A DNA stretch of 64,000 nucleotides from Phoronis australis (lineage: Eukaryota; Animalia; Phoronida): contig NMRA01000226.1 of assembly GCA_002633005.1 (NCBI GenBank), forward strand, positions 413,142-477,141, in the 5' to 3' direction. Below are positions 51,201 through 62,809 of the stretch, piece after piece (within the stretch, counting starts at the first letter, position 1; each line of letters begins with the position of its first letter). The notes under the pieces are model-generated. The model saw only the letters and a program-made list of their open reading frames with translations, did not search any database and was not told the DNA's origin. The translations under genes were made by a program, and so were the position numbers.

Positions 51201-54200
51201 CTGTTCAAAATTTATAACACTAGGACTGCTTCAATCTCTGCACAGTTCTGCGCTAATATTGAAAAAAATGATTACTTGCATTTTTTGCTTTGACTGTGAC
51301 ATGAGATCACAAGCCACAAAGACAAGTCAGCATTACACTTGATATTCACCAGGTTGTGAAAAAATGGACTCCTTTTATAATCTGAAGACTGAGAAAGTAA
51401 GCCAACAGGGGGCACTCATGGATAAGGAACCTGTGTCTGTTGTCGCAAGAGTGCCACATAGTGAGTTTTGAGGTGGTCACATGGTAAAATCTGGTATCTA
51501 AGGACACAGCCTAGGCTTGTATTTGAGTATGCCTCTATACTCAAAAAGGTCTTGTTCAATTTGCATGAACATTATTCAAATTAGCAACACGTGCTGTATT
51601 GTGTTTTGTTTTACTTATTTTTACTTATTCCATATTTTCATGGAATGGTTTAACTTAACCAATATTTCATCATGTAATCAACGTTTAGACCATGCCTATT
51701 TACTAGAGAACACAAGAAAAATGATGACTTGACATATATTCGAGTTTGTTGCATTTTCATAAGTTCTTAAAAAACGCATTACAACTTTGCTCATAAAGCC
51801 ATGTGCTTGTATATCAGCTTTCACGATAATGACACTGAGGTGTGCCACGCTACAGTACAGAGACACCTGTAGTCTGTTTCATGAAAGTGACTTAAGAGTC
51901 ACTCAAGACATAAATTTGATATTACGCTCCCACTTTACAATTATTGCAGAATAAAGGTTTGGCCGGCAAGTAATCATGAGCAGATCACAGATTAGGAATA
52001 ATTCATAGAAATTATCGCAGCAACTACCAGTTATGTGTATATTTTTGGAGACTGCACTTTTGTTTAAGTGAGATATGATTATTTTTTTGAAATACTCGTG
52101 TGGAGCGCGAGACCAAATTTCTAATTTAAGTCTTAAGTCACCTTTTATGAGTCACACCTCTGGTTAAACCATTTTCAATTGTGCTGAGGTCTTTTTTGGC
52201 CATGTCATCCTTTAGGACACCTTACATGTCAAGGAATCTGACCAACAATAGCGTTCATATTTCCAATGTCCAACAGTCTCTTCAAGTAGACTGGCTTGCA
52301 TAATCTTTATATAAAATGTACACCAGATGGCATGCATCTCCTACCCGTTCTTCAGCGCTGTCAGCCTGACCGACGCCATCTGTCTGAACCACCTTAGACA
52401 CCCTGCCAGGAGGAGCTAGCTGCTCATTGTGTGCCAGCTGCCGGGCTACTTTGCTCAACATACGATGGATGTTGGGTTCTGGAGGAGCAGGGCTGCTACA
52501 ATATACATACAACAGTTTGGTCACTACAGCGACCACATGCAGGGCGAATATTACTGCCACATGAGATATTTCACCATAGTAATGGTACAGTCTGACAGTC
52601 TCTTTATATATACACTTGTTGAGTTTTGAATCCCAAGCACTTGGCGATGAACTTTCAAATGAGTCGTGCAGTCGAAAAATCATACCGTAAAGTTTTGTTA
52701 ATAAAACACTTAATGCCATAGTTATGTTAATGGTTCACAGATTGCAAAAATTAAAAAGGCAAGACAGGCAAATACAGCTACCCTCTGTAACATAGAATTA
52801 TACGTGACATGCGGATTTAGGATGCCGCAATTGGGGCCACAAACATAATCTTTTCGGAAAATTACACAATATCCTTTTTGGTCGTGTCCTGGACAACCCT
52901 TAAATTCACCTTGGACTCACAATCTGCCTGGATTGTTGTTATGGATCACATGTTGCATATAACAACCTTCAACACAGGAGAGCACACTACTATTGATACT
53001 GATACTCCTGCTGTACACAAGTATGACACCATATTGAGTCAAACACGAATGAGCCCTTACAATCTATCCGTTGGACCCTGGTCATACTCTGACCCTCTGT
53101 TCACTGACAAGTATCGCGGACGCTTGCTTTTCTCTTTGCTCTTCTTACTCAAGTTGTTCTTTACCGTCTTTACAAAGGCCTTCCTGTCATCTTTGGCACC
53201 AGCCTGCCAAACATATGACCACTCCAAAATTTGAAAAGGGTTTCAGAAAGGGTTCATTGGCATAGTGCAGGTACGCTTTTCTTACGGCTTTTCTTACGGC
53301 TGTTCTGTATGCAACCGCAAGCTCGTATTAATGTACTCCCAGAAATGCATACCAGGAAATGATTTATCTAGTAATGAATGGTGTATTTATTATTTGAGGA
53401 ATTAACAAAGTTTGTTTTGCAAGGTATAAAATGTGGGAAGAATGCCACAGTTGAGTTCAATTCAAACTCAGTCAGCTAAGTCAGAGATCAATCAACAGCG
53501 GATCCTGTACTTGGAAGGCAAGAGTCTGAAATATGTGAAAGTTGTAAAAAGTCACGTGACCTTGACTTAGAAAATATATGACTGTGTCATTAGACAAAAC
53601 TGTGGATTTTTGCCACCTCTGTCCGCTGTACCTTGTGTTACTTGGAATATGAAAAACACTATCAGCTCACAGTAAAACCATTTCTAGGTACTGAAAGTTT
53701 AAAGAAGTCTTACAAGGATTTTTGGGACACCCTACATAACACAGCTACATCCATTCAAACTAAAAAAATGCCAGAGGACAACAAATACAGACTGAAACAT
53801 TTTTGCTCAGAAATAGTTAGTTTTGATACAATGTACATTGAATGGTACTGTGGGTTACGGGAAAAGAAATGTGAAAGTAAGAATAGAATTGAAGGGTCTT
53901 TAGACTTTAGACTGAAATTTGGTCTTACGCCCCCACTACACAATTGCTGAATAAAGGTTTTATCATGCAATTATGAGCGGATCACAGTCAAGAAACAATT
54001 TATAGAAATTATCTCAGTAAGTAGCAGTTATGTCTAAATTTTCAGAGACGTTGCACTTTTGCTCAAGCGGCATTTAATTACTTTTCAGAAAATTATGTGG
54101 AGCGTGAGACCAGATTTCACTTAAGTCTTAAGTCACTTTTCATGAAACAGATTCCAAGAGAAAAGTATTCTGTTTTAGTATTTTTGAGAACACAATGCCC

Positions 54201-57200
54201 TTAATGAGAATGACAATGGCAGGCGCAAGGCAAACACCACAAGGTTGATTCAAGTCAGTTTCAATTCTTTGCAAAATCAAAGTCACACACTCAGTGACTG
54301 CTAGGAAGATTGTGACTCACTGCGACACAGTACTCCTGTGTAGGATGTCTAGATTTGTGCTTCTTGGTCACACGTCCCGTTAAGAAACACTGCTGGCAGA
54401 GGTCAAAGTTGAAACACTTGAGGCAGCGATACCTGCGTAACAAGACAATCATGTCATACTAAAACATCTGGTAAGCCAACACTTACTGAACCAATCTATA
54501 AAATCATTTCACACTGAAAAAAATATCCGTTTTCTAAAATTTAGAAGCTGTATAAAAAGAATTGTTGGTCATCTAAAAATCAAGTTAACGGTAAAATCTA
54601 CATACCTTGACGAGAGTATACTCGTATGATTCTTTGAAGATCTGGGAATTCAATTTTAAAATTTTTCATACTTTAAGTCATATTTTAACATAAGTTCGAA
54701 CAAACTGTCAAATCCATATCTCAGCTGCATTTGCAACATATCAAACACAATACATACCTGAAGCCAATAATAGGGAAAGCCTTGCAAATGTTGCATTTGG
54801 ACTCATGTTTCACTGAAAAGAAATGGTGGTGGTCAGGACTGTAATACCAGCAATTTAGAGAATGTCATGATAAAACAAGCCTCAAAATACTTCTTTAAAA
54901 ATTACTGGTCAATAAATCAGGCTAGAAAAAAATACAAGAATGAAGTGGTTTATTCAGCCAAATGTAACACCTATGAGCTCCAGTCTTACCACGCAACCAT
55001 CATAGAAAACAAGAAGTGTAAACTTGCTCGATTTCATGATTGAACACATAGCAGTCACCATTAAATGGGCAACTCGATGTTCTTTAGGAGTTGCTAATAA
55101 TTAAAAGGTTGTTCTTTCTGACATCTGAATAGAATAACAGTAGAAAACAGTTCATTACCAGGAGGATGTTTGAGTGACAAGTGACCCGTGTGATTTACAC
55201 GAATGCAGACATTTCTACAGGAAGTTCCCTCGCTACACTTGCGACACCTAGTGGACTTCAAGTTCCCTACTAAATCAAATCACTCGACAATCACCATTGC
55301 TTGAAATTGTTTATCCTGAGGTAATGCAGTGCTCGATATACCTTCAACATTTTCATTTTCCAATAACAGTCAGAGTCTCATTTCAATTATGTTCATTAAT
55401 TATGCTAACCCGACTCTGCTGCAGCCATTCTGTGCATTGTTGGTAGCCAAATGACAGTCTGCGGTTCACGGAACATCCAATCGAGAAAGACGTCCTGCGA
55501 CACACCCTGACTGTTCATAGCTCGCTCCAAGCTGCTCTCAACAGATGATGGCACATGTTGACATCCAAACGACTCGCCCTCGTGTACTGTTTCCGCCACC
55601 TGACAGGAAAAATGAATCTATTTAAAGGGTAGTGAGATATACGGTACCTTGTCTTATACCGTTAGAATGAGTCGAAGGAAGTTTCAGGCTTTTTGGTTAA
55701 AATAATAAATTATGAGTATATATTTTTTAATTTCTAATTTAAAAATTTTCTTCCATTATTAGCTTATCACTAAGTGAGTAACGAGATGGTAATTAATCTG
55801 CTTCAAATTCACGTCTTTTGCCTAGCCTCACGTACTGCAAGCTAAATTTCCATAAGAATCCGCATTTTTTGCATACGGTACACAGATCTGGAGAATTCAT
55901 GTACTTAAAGCTGCACTTTGCTCTGTTTAGCTGGCTAAACACAAAAAACAAAAGCCTTTTAATCACATAAAATCAACCTGTATTTGAAATTACCTGCATA
56001 ACATCATGTAAAAAGAGCGCCATTTTCTTCCGACTTGCAAATCCATTGTGATCACTGATTTGTTGAAAAAAGACTAAAAAACAAGAAAATAATGTCAAAT
56101 TTTTAGTTACATATCTGTTTCCAATGAGACCAAGCTCGAACGATATCTGATGTCTAGGCAAACAAAGTTACTAAATGATCTACAAAGGCATACACTTTAA
56201 AATAAAAAACTTTAAATTTCTTATTCTCCTTCCTGAACTGCACAAACGTCCCCCTTAACAACATTCTCTCCAAACACAATATTCCTCAGGACCTATGTTT
56301 CCTTTCTCACCCACAATAATTTAATGCTTATTACACTTCTTTCCTTGCGAACCACACTTCCTTTCATACCAACAATTGCTTGTAAGAAAAGATCACAGTT
56401 CACATTAAGACTGTGACTGAGGATAAAAGAAATGCTTTGCTAAGAGACGACTATCAAAATACAGCTTGTGACAAAAGAATGCTGATACTAAGACTGTCTA
56501 CACAGTTCCTAAGAAAGAACAGCAGGCTACACTGAGCTTGACCAGCGATCAGAAAATCAAATAAAAGAGATCTAAGCGTAACATATAATTACGCACAGGC
56601 TGTGGTTATGCCTCACAACATTGGTCAAATATGCAACAGTAGAATTCATACATACATCTGTACTTCTCAGATAACCGGGCACTACTCAGCACAGCGAGTC
56701 CAACTTTGATTGACAGACAACGCACCTGTCCACTTCTGTTCCTGCAAGAAGTTGTAAGTCAATTCCAAAAACCGATCAACACAAGATGTAAGTTAAATAT
56801 AGAACATAATATAAATCAATGCGGTGATATCGTATAATTAAGCATTAGTCGTTTATGTCACCAACATACGGCATGTATGAAGATCCTTAATTACACAACA
56901 TAATAATTAATGTCATACTCCTAATTCGTCCGAGGAAACGTTATTGTTTTATCCAGGTTCTCATTCACTCTCTTGCATACACCGGCAAAAATGGATGCAT
57001 GCAGGAAAAATTATCAAGTTAAGACCGACCAGCAACATTTCTCTACAGTAACTGCCATTTCTCTACAAAGACCAGTTATGTCTCAAATCTTACTGGTCGT
57101 AAATATTGAGCAGCCAGTTGAGCAATAACTCTGCAGCCTGCTCAGCATTCACTCTTCTGGTGTGGTCAGTCCTGGCTGCTTCAAACATGATGTCCAACAG

Positions 57201-60200
57201 TAGATTCTCGAGTTCCATGCAGTCCAGCTGACCCTCGCTCGGCCCGTGGTGACCTCGCTGCTTGAAGATACGGGTGATGGAGTCTAGGCTCACCAGCTCC
57301 ACTATGGTACACAAACATCAGAGGTAAGTAAACGCCAATTTAGGCCAAAACATGTTCATAAGATAACGATTAGAGAGCTTGAGAAAGGTAATACAACTAG
57401 CGAGAAAATAATCGTGTTCATGAGAAAAGAACACACAAGAGTGGTTTGTGAGTGAAGAATATTGAAGATGACTAGTCTTATAAGCTGTTTCCTGAAAAAT
57501 AGGTAACAGCCAGCGGTCACCAGATGGCGACAATGTCTTGTTTACAAAGTCGACTCACCAAGAACGCCCAAATGACATGTCGTGGAGATCAATACCATTT
57601 CGGGAGTTTACTCAAAGCATAGTTGTAAATCAAGATTGAAAAATTTACGAAACGAAGTCAAGTTATTAAAAGCATAAAATAGGTCACTTGACATTGATTT
57701 TGATTTCTGACATCACAAGATAAGGGCATGATTATTTCGTCCAAATATACGGTATATGGTTACATGTGGAAATAACTATGACCGGATTTAAGTAAGATAG
57801 TACACGCCAGTAAATAATGCAGTCCATTGGCCTTGATGATCGAAGACAACTTAGTTCAAAAACAATCAAATTTATTAAGCGGATCAGGTTTCAAGAATAG
57901 TGCATCCCAGCCCAAAAGACATTAACTCAGATTGCATTTTTCCAATAGCTGTAAAATCTCTGCACACATGATCAAAACTTAACAACAGCATATAAAATGT
58001 CTACAGTAAATGCTTAAATTCCGATATTGAACTTCGACAGTGATAGTCAACCTCACTAAAACTTACAGTTAAGTCGTTTCTGAATGAACCTCAACTTCAT
58101 GGCAGTTCTGTAAGCCGCATATTTGACACCGTCGTAGTCACCTGGAAGCATAAAACTGACATAAAGGTGGACACACAAAGACAAAACCTGTTAACAATAT
58201 GTTTAACAAAATGTTTTGATGAAAATAGCCCTTAAAATTTACAGATAGTTGAATGTGAAAATTTTTATCCATACATACCACACATAATACATAATGCAGA
58301 CAGTACAAGGCGACTTTTAAGTGGGTTTATAGTTGCCTAACAAAAATCAACTCTCAATTTAGCTCACTTACTGTCTCACATTGGTACTTGAATGGTTAAA
58401 ATAAATGATTTGTGGGCTTGGAAAGCAATGAATTATTGCTCGACACCACAATCTACAAGCTCAAACATCACTTCTCATCTGAGTAAGGAACAAGTTAAGA
58501 TCAATTTTACAGCCCAAGTGGTCTAAATCAAAAGTCCACAGAATGCAGTTAACTGGTAACGTTGGCAGCTGCAAGCTGTAACCAATTTGCAATTTTGTAT
58601 CTAACCTACCACTGGAGGGGATTTCACACACAATTTTGTATCTACAGGGTGGTCCGATACCAACCTACCACTGGAGGGGATTTCACACACAATTTTGTAT
58701 CTGCAGGGTGGTCCAATACCAACCTACCACTGGAGGGGATTTCACACACAATTTTGATCAACATAATTTCCAAAGATTATATGGACAAGCAAACCAGGTT
58801 TTTGATTTTCTTTTAACTCGCTTACAAAAGTTGTAACTCAAAGCTACATTTTGCCCTGTTTAGCTGGCCAACGTAAATTGAATTACTAGGCTTTTTACTG
58901 AACTCTCATACAATCACTCTCATATTATTCGATACCACGATGGCATTCATTTCCATTACCAGCAATCCATTCATGTGGCATTTTCAAATTTGCAAATGGT
59001 TCTTGTCAGTAACGGAAATAGAATTCTATCATGACAAGGAATATCATGAGATTGATAGTAAAAGGCCTAATTCAATTTTTTGTTTGTTTTTAGCCAGCTG
59101 AGCACCTTTAAGTACGAATCTTATGAAATATTTACATCTGATAAATTAGTACTGATATATTACTATGTATACCAAACAAGTTTACCTATTTCTTCCAATG
59201 TTTTTAGTAGGAATGGGTGATCCCATTGTGTGACTTCGGACTTGTGGCTGAAATAGATCATAATAATATTATTATATTAACAATAATTTACAATCTGCAC
59301 TTCAAGCTCTACAGGACAACAAATTTGAACCAAGTCAGCACTCAGCAGACATGACACACGCTCAATGAAAACTGCAACCTCCCAGCTGCAGAGAGAGTTG
59401 AACACACAGCACTATAACGCATTTACAAACAAGAGCAACGCGGAGCGTTGAAATGCGCCCACAATTGCACCGCATACGGTATCCTTCTAGGGTTGTTTAT
59501 TGGTACCATAAAGTGNTATTCACTCTCCATCTACGCACAACTTCAAAGCATAGCTACCTTTTAAACAAACCCACACAGACTATCGTCTGACAACGACGTT
59601 TAAAAGGCAACTATAAACCCACCTTCCGTAACAAAAATCAACTCTCAATTTAGCTAACTTACTGTCTCACATTGGTACTTGAATGATTAAAATAAATGAT
59701 TTGTGGACTTGGAAAGCAATGAATTATTGCTCGACACCACAATCTACAAGCTCAAACATCACTTCTCATCTGAGTTAGGAACAAGTTGAGATCAATTTTA
59801 CAGCCCAAGTGGTCTAAATCAAAAGTCCACAGAATGCAGTTAACTGGTAACATTGCCAGCTGCAAGCTGTAACCAATTTGCAATTTTGTATCTACAGGGT
59901 GGTACGAAAGCAACCTACCACTGGAGGGGATTTCACACACAATTTTGATCGACATAATTTCCAAAGATTATATGGACAAGCAAACCAGGTTTTCGATTTT
60001 CTTTTAACTTGCTTACAAAAGTCGTAACTCAAAGATACATTTTGCCCTGTTTAGCTGGCCAACGTAAATTGAATTACTAGGCTTTTTACTGAACTCTCAT
60101 AAAATCACTCTCATATTATTCGATACTGCGATGGCATTCATTTCCATAACCAGCAATCTGTTCATGTGGCATTTTCAAATTTGCAAATGGTTCTTGTCAG

Positions 60201-61305
60201 TACCGGAAATAGAATCCTGTCATGACAAGGAATATCATGAGATTGATAGTAAAAGGCCTAATTCAATTTTTTTTTTTGTTTTTAGCCAGCTAAGCACCTT
60301 TAAGTATGAATCTCATGAAATATTTACATCTCATAAACTAGAACTGATATATTACTATGTATACCAAACAAGTTTACCTATTTCTTCCAATGTTTTTAGT
60401 AGGAATGGGTGATCCCATTGTGTGACTTCGGACTTGTGGCTGAAATAGATCATATTCTATTAACAATAATTTACAATCTGCACTTCAAGCTCTGCAGGAC
60501 AACAAACTTGAACCAAGTCAGCACAAAGCAGACGTGACACAAGCTCAATGAAAACTGCAACCTCCTAACTGCAGAGAGAGTTGAGCACACAGCACTATAA
60601 CACATTTACAAGTAAAAGTAATATGAATATTTGGCTAAGCAGCTTACTGCAGTGGAAAATAATGTCAAGTTTTCTGACAGTATAAACAACCTATTCAGTA
60701 TTAATTTTGTCACAAATCTGAGTCATAATTTGATGCTGCAGTGATTTTCGCAACTACTCAAAGTCCTAGTAAATCCACAATTGTGTAGACAAATCTTAGT
60801 TAATTAAAGATCTCTTCTGGGATTTGCAATGAAGAAAACACTAACCATTCTCAATTTCAAACAAAGAAACCTGCATCACTTTAAATTTTTTAACATCATC
60901 TGACAATTGAGCAACATGGACCTGGCCGAACATTAGAAAACCGCAAACAAAACAAGTACAACTTTGAAGTTCGACATGGTTTGATAGACAATGACAGCAC
61001 TCTCAAGCGTTACTCTGAACTGAATTACCACGAAGATAACACATACTTTTAATGTATAAAACAAAAACGTAATTAAATTCTTTCCATCGTTGTTTTGCAA
61101 TACTAGTTATCACCGATGGCAGAAATACATACATGGACAAAAGAATGGTGGAAGTGTCTGCCAAAACACGTTGCAATGCATTGGCCAGTTTTAGGCCGCT
61201 TAACGTTATGTAAATGTGTGTGTGGATTTTCAATACAAACTTACTTAACATAGTAAGGAGTACCATTGCTTGTTTCTGATCTTTCCCATCCTTCGAGGAG
61301 TTTCT
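45122..61305 (-). CDS. Dystrophin-superfamily protein (dystrotelin/DAH-like; WW, EF-hands, ZZ, coiled coils), 5'-partial, ~726 aa visible
   Basis: Phase-consistent GT-AG exons: 61305-61245, 60439-60378 (duplicate 59247-59186), 58141-58067, 57301-57094, 56741-56656, 56073-55994, 55599-55410, 54812-54758, 54432-54321, 53203-53061, 52495-52345, 50898-50810, 49137-48936, 46903-46342, 45225-45122. Motifs: [91 protein letters not shown]. Exon sizes 61/62/75/86/112 equal human DMD exons 62/63/64/66/69. No start codon was found in the window. Confidence 0.92.
45735..45979 (-). mobile_element. tRNA-derived SINE with T-rich tail
   Basis: Minus-strand A-box-like GTGACCTAGTG and B-box GGTTCGAGTCCC; flanked by near-identical AGC(G/A)AATGGTAT at 45723-45734 and 45980-45991 (TSD). 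Confidence 0.75.
46342..46903 (-). CDS. Dystrophin-like exon, Pro/Ser/Thr-rich, ending [14 protein letters not shown]
   Basis: 562 nt within ORF 46112..46972; boundaries atatttcAG / GTATGA; end resembles DMD LEEVMEQLNNSFP. Confidence 0.85.
47480..48869 (+). mobile_element. HINE/DINE-1-like element, family A (spans assembly gap)
   Basis: TTGTTACTTGGCGGAATTCTTCCGCCAAGTA ... TTCCGCCAAGTGTCGCTCCTCCGAGCGCTCTCGTTT; homologous to 25845-27206. Confidence 0.75.
48936..49137 (-). CDS. Dystrophin-like exon, coiled coil ([10 protein letters not shown]...[17 protein letters not shown])
   Basis: 202 nt within ORF 48750..49169; resembles DMD ILEDHNKQLESQLHRLR. Confidence 0.9.
50810..50898 (-). CDS. Dystrophin-like exon, coiled coil H1 ([16 protein letters not shown])
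   Basis: 89 nt; boundaries tatttctAG / GTAAAT. Confidence 0.88.
51036..51169. repeat. Palindromic element, ~55-bp arms
   Basis: ACCTGTTGGCCACGTCACGTGACCTTATGAA..AGTCTG pairs with CAGACT..TTCATTAGGTCATGTGATGTGGCCAACAGGT. Confidence 0.65.
51868..52160. mobile_element. MITE (Harbinger-like); second copy at 53897-54155
   Basis: TIR TTTCATGAAAGTGACTTAAGA / TCTTAAGTCAC; colinear homology with 53897-54155. Confidence 0.6.
52345..52495 (-). CDS. Dystrophin-like exon ([24 protein letters not shown]...)
   Basis: 151 nt, phase 2 to 0; TAGCAG tandem acceptor; donor GTAGGA. Confidence 0.8.
53061..53203 (-). CDS. Dystrophin-like exon ([18 protein letters not shown]...YLSV)
   Basis: 143 nt; aligns by eye to DMD exon 70 (EDVRDFAKVLKNKF...YLPV); donor GTAAGG. 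Confidence 0.88.
53897..54155. mobile_element. MITE copy (same family as 51868-52160)
   Basis: Shared internal sequence and right TIR TCTTAAGTCACTTTTCATGAAACAGA. Confidence 0.6.
54321..54432 (-). CDS. Dystrophin-like exon, ZZ C-part ([35 protein letters not shown])
   Basis: 112 nt; donor GTGAGT. Confidence 0.95.
54758..54812 (-). CDS. Dystrophin-like exon, ZZ N-part ([18 protein letters not shown])
   Basis: 55 nt; boundaries cttttcAG / GTATGT. Confidence 0.93.
55410..55599 (-). CDS. Dystrophin-like exon (GESFG...[26 protein letters not shown])
   Basis: 190 nt within ORF 55405..55599. Confidence 0.93.
55994..56073 (-). CDS. Dystrophin-like exon ([26 protein letters not shown])
   Basis: 80 nt; phase 1 to 0; donor GTAATT. 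Confidence 0.9.
56656..56741 (-). CDS. Dystrophin-like exon ([28 protein letters not shown])
   Basis: 86 nt; boundaries ttcttgcAG / GTATGT. Confidence 0.92.
57094..57301 (-). CDS. Dystrophin-like exon, EF-hand region
   Basis: Within ORF 57090..57314; ends [13 protein letters not shown]; donor GTAAGA. Confidence 0.92.
58067..58141 (-). CDS. Dystrophin-like exon ([24 protein letters not shown])
   Basis: 75 nt; boundaries tgcttccAG / GTAAGT. Confidence 0.92.
58591..58757. repeat. 59-bp minisatellite (one partial plus two full units; a single unit in the duplicate block)
   Basis: Repeated AACCTACCACTGGAGGGGATTTCACACACAATTTTG. Confidence 0.85.
59186..59247 (-). CDS. Dystrophin-like exon, WW C-half, copy 1
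   Basis: 62 nt, identical duplicate inside the tandem-duplicated block. Confidence 0.8.
59427..59630 (-). mobile_element. HINE-like fragment between duplicated blocks
   Basis: AAACAAGAGCAACGCGGAGCGTTGAAATGCGCCCAC is the reverse complement of the family B 3' end; contains N at 59516. Confidence 0.55.
60378..60439 (-). CDS. Dystrophin-like exon, WW C-half ([20 protein letters not shown]), copy 2
   Basis: 62 nt; boundaries ctatttcAG / GTAAAC; identical to 59186-59247. Confidence 0.8.
61245..61305 (-). CDS. Dystrophin-like exon, WW domain N-half ([20 protein letters not shown])
   Basis: 61 nt; boundaries tgtcttccAG / GTAAGT. Confidence 0.9.
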
Positions 61306-61891
61306 CTGGAAGACACAGAGTGCAAGAATTCATCTATTGAAGGAATTGTTAGTTATACACATTACTGATAAAAGTGCCCAAGTTTGGAAATTAAGGTCAG
61401 CCGCGCTATTCTTAGTAGTGCCAATTTTCATAATGATTCTCTATGAGGCATGGCGGAGAGAGAGAGAGGCAGACGTCAAAATCAATTAACAGTAACAATG
61501 ACTGTAAGGTGATGCAAAATATGTTGAATCCATCTGAAAATGGAAAAGCACGGACTGTAGTTGTCGGATCAGGCCTTTATGCAGCGTACGTCCTGGGCGT
61601 CCAAATGGACGCCCTAGCACTAATCTGGACGCCCTGACAAGGACGCCCAATGTATCATTTGGACGCCCACTGTCAATAGGAACCTTTCAAGTTTGGACTC
61701 ACACATTGTGATGAATACTAGGAAGCCCCTGAAGGCTCACAGTGGGGGCTCTTTTTTTCAAAGCAGGAAGAAATATACAATGTATATACAGAATTTGTTG
61801 AATGCACGACACTTTTCATTGTTCACGGTCTTTATTCCGTTGCGTTCATACTTTCTGAACAAAACTCTACTCTCAACTGAACACACAGTTA

Positions 61892-62693
61892 GATACTACA
61901 TCAGTTTACCACAAGCCTACTGATAAAGGTTTCTGTCTCCACGCCAAAAGTGAGTGCCCTGAGCGGTATAAGGTCGCCGTTGTGGTCAACTTCCTAAAGA
62001 GGGCGTATTCGGTGTCGTCTAACTGGCTATTGTTCAATCAAGAGGTAGATCGCATAAGACAAACACTGGTGAATAATGGGTATACCAATGCTTTTGTGGA
62101 TTTCCATATTAAGCGATTTATGTCCAGAATTAGCTATGAAATCCCTGCACGTCGGACTGGTGTCACCAAAAAGATATTTTACAAAAATGTCATGTCTAAT
62201 AATTACCTCCAGGACAAACACGCCATTAAGAAAATCATAAGGGACAATGTTAAAGTTTGCAAGCCTGATGATTACCTTGATGTTATTATTTATTATCGGA
62301 ATAGGAAGTCCCCCAACTTGGTCATGAAAAATAACATTTCTAAAGCGAAAGTCCACCCCATTGCACAGTGTAGTGTTTTTTTATAAATTTGTATGCCCTA
62401 TGAACGAATGTCTTCATTCAAACGTCAAACAATGTTACATTGGTCAAACGGTTTGCAGTCTTTCCCGTCGGTTATCCATGCATCTTCAAAATGGCGCCAT
62501 TCACGATCATTTTCTGCAATACCACGCACGTAAAATCACCCGTCAAGAAATTGTGGAAAACATGTCAATTCGCTACGTGGAGCAAGATGTGCTGCGTTTG
62601 AAAGTATTAGAGTCCCTTTTAATTGCTTTTGAGAAGCCTATTTTGAATGAGCAGCAAACAGGGTCGCGCCGCACGTTACACTTGTTTGCGTGA
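61892..62693 (+). pseudogene. Penelope RT-thumb/GIY-YIG ORF remnant (one frameshift)
   Basis: ORFs 61982..62386 and 62361..62693 joined by a single frameshift. Confidence 0.85.
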
Positions 62694-62809
62694 CCTTCCT
62701 GTTACCCCAATTCTTTAGTCATTCTTTGCAGTATTTCACACCCGCCGTGTCTCACTGTGTGTGTCGTCAGCTTATACTCTGTGGTGGCATTACTGCATCA
62801 TTTTATCTT

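Larger units (their letters stand above)
58340..60612. repeat. ~1-kb tandem duplication (58340-59425 and 59630-60612) including a coding exon
   Basis: Near-identical blocks with scattered SNPs/indels; single N between them at 59516. Confidence 0.9.

Noticed and set aside
58591-58757. Regularly spaced repeats resembling a CRISPR array
   Set aside because: The intervening sequences are near-identical (minisatellite), the context is eukaryotic, and there are no cas genes.
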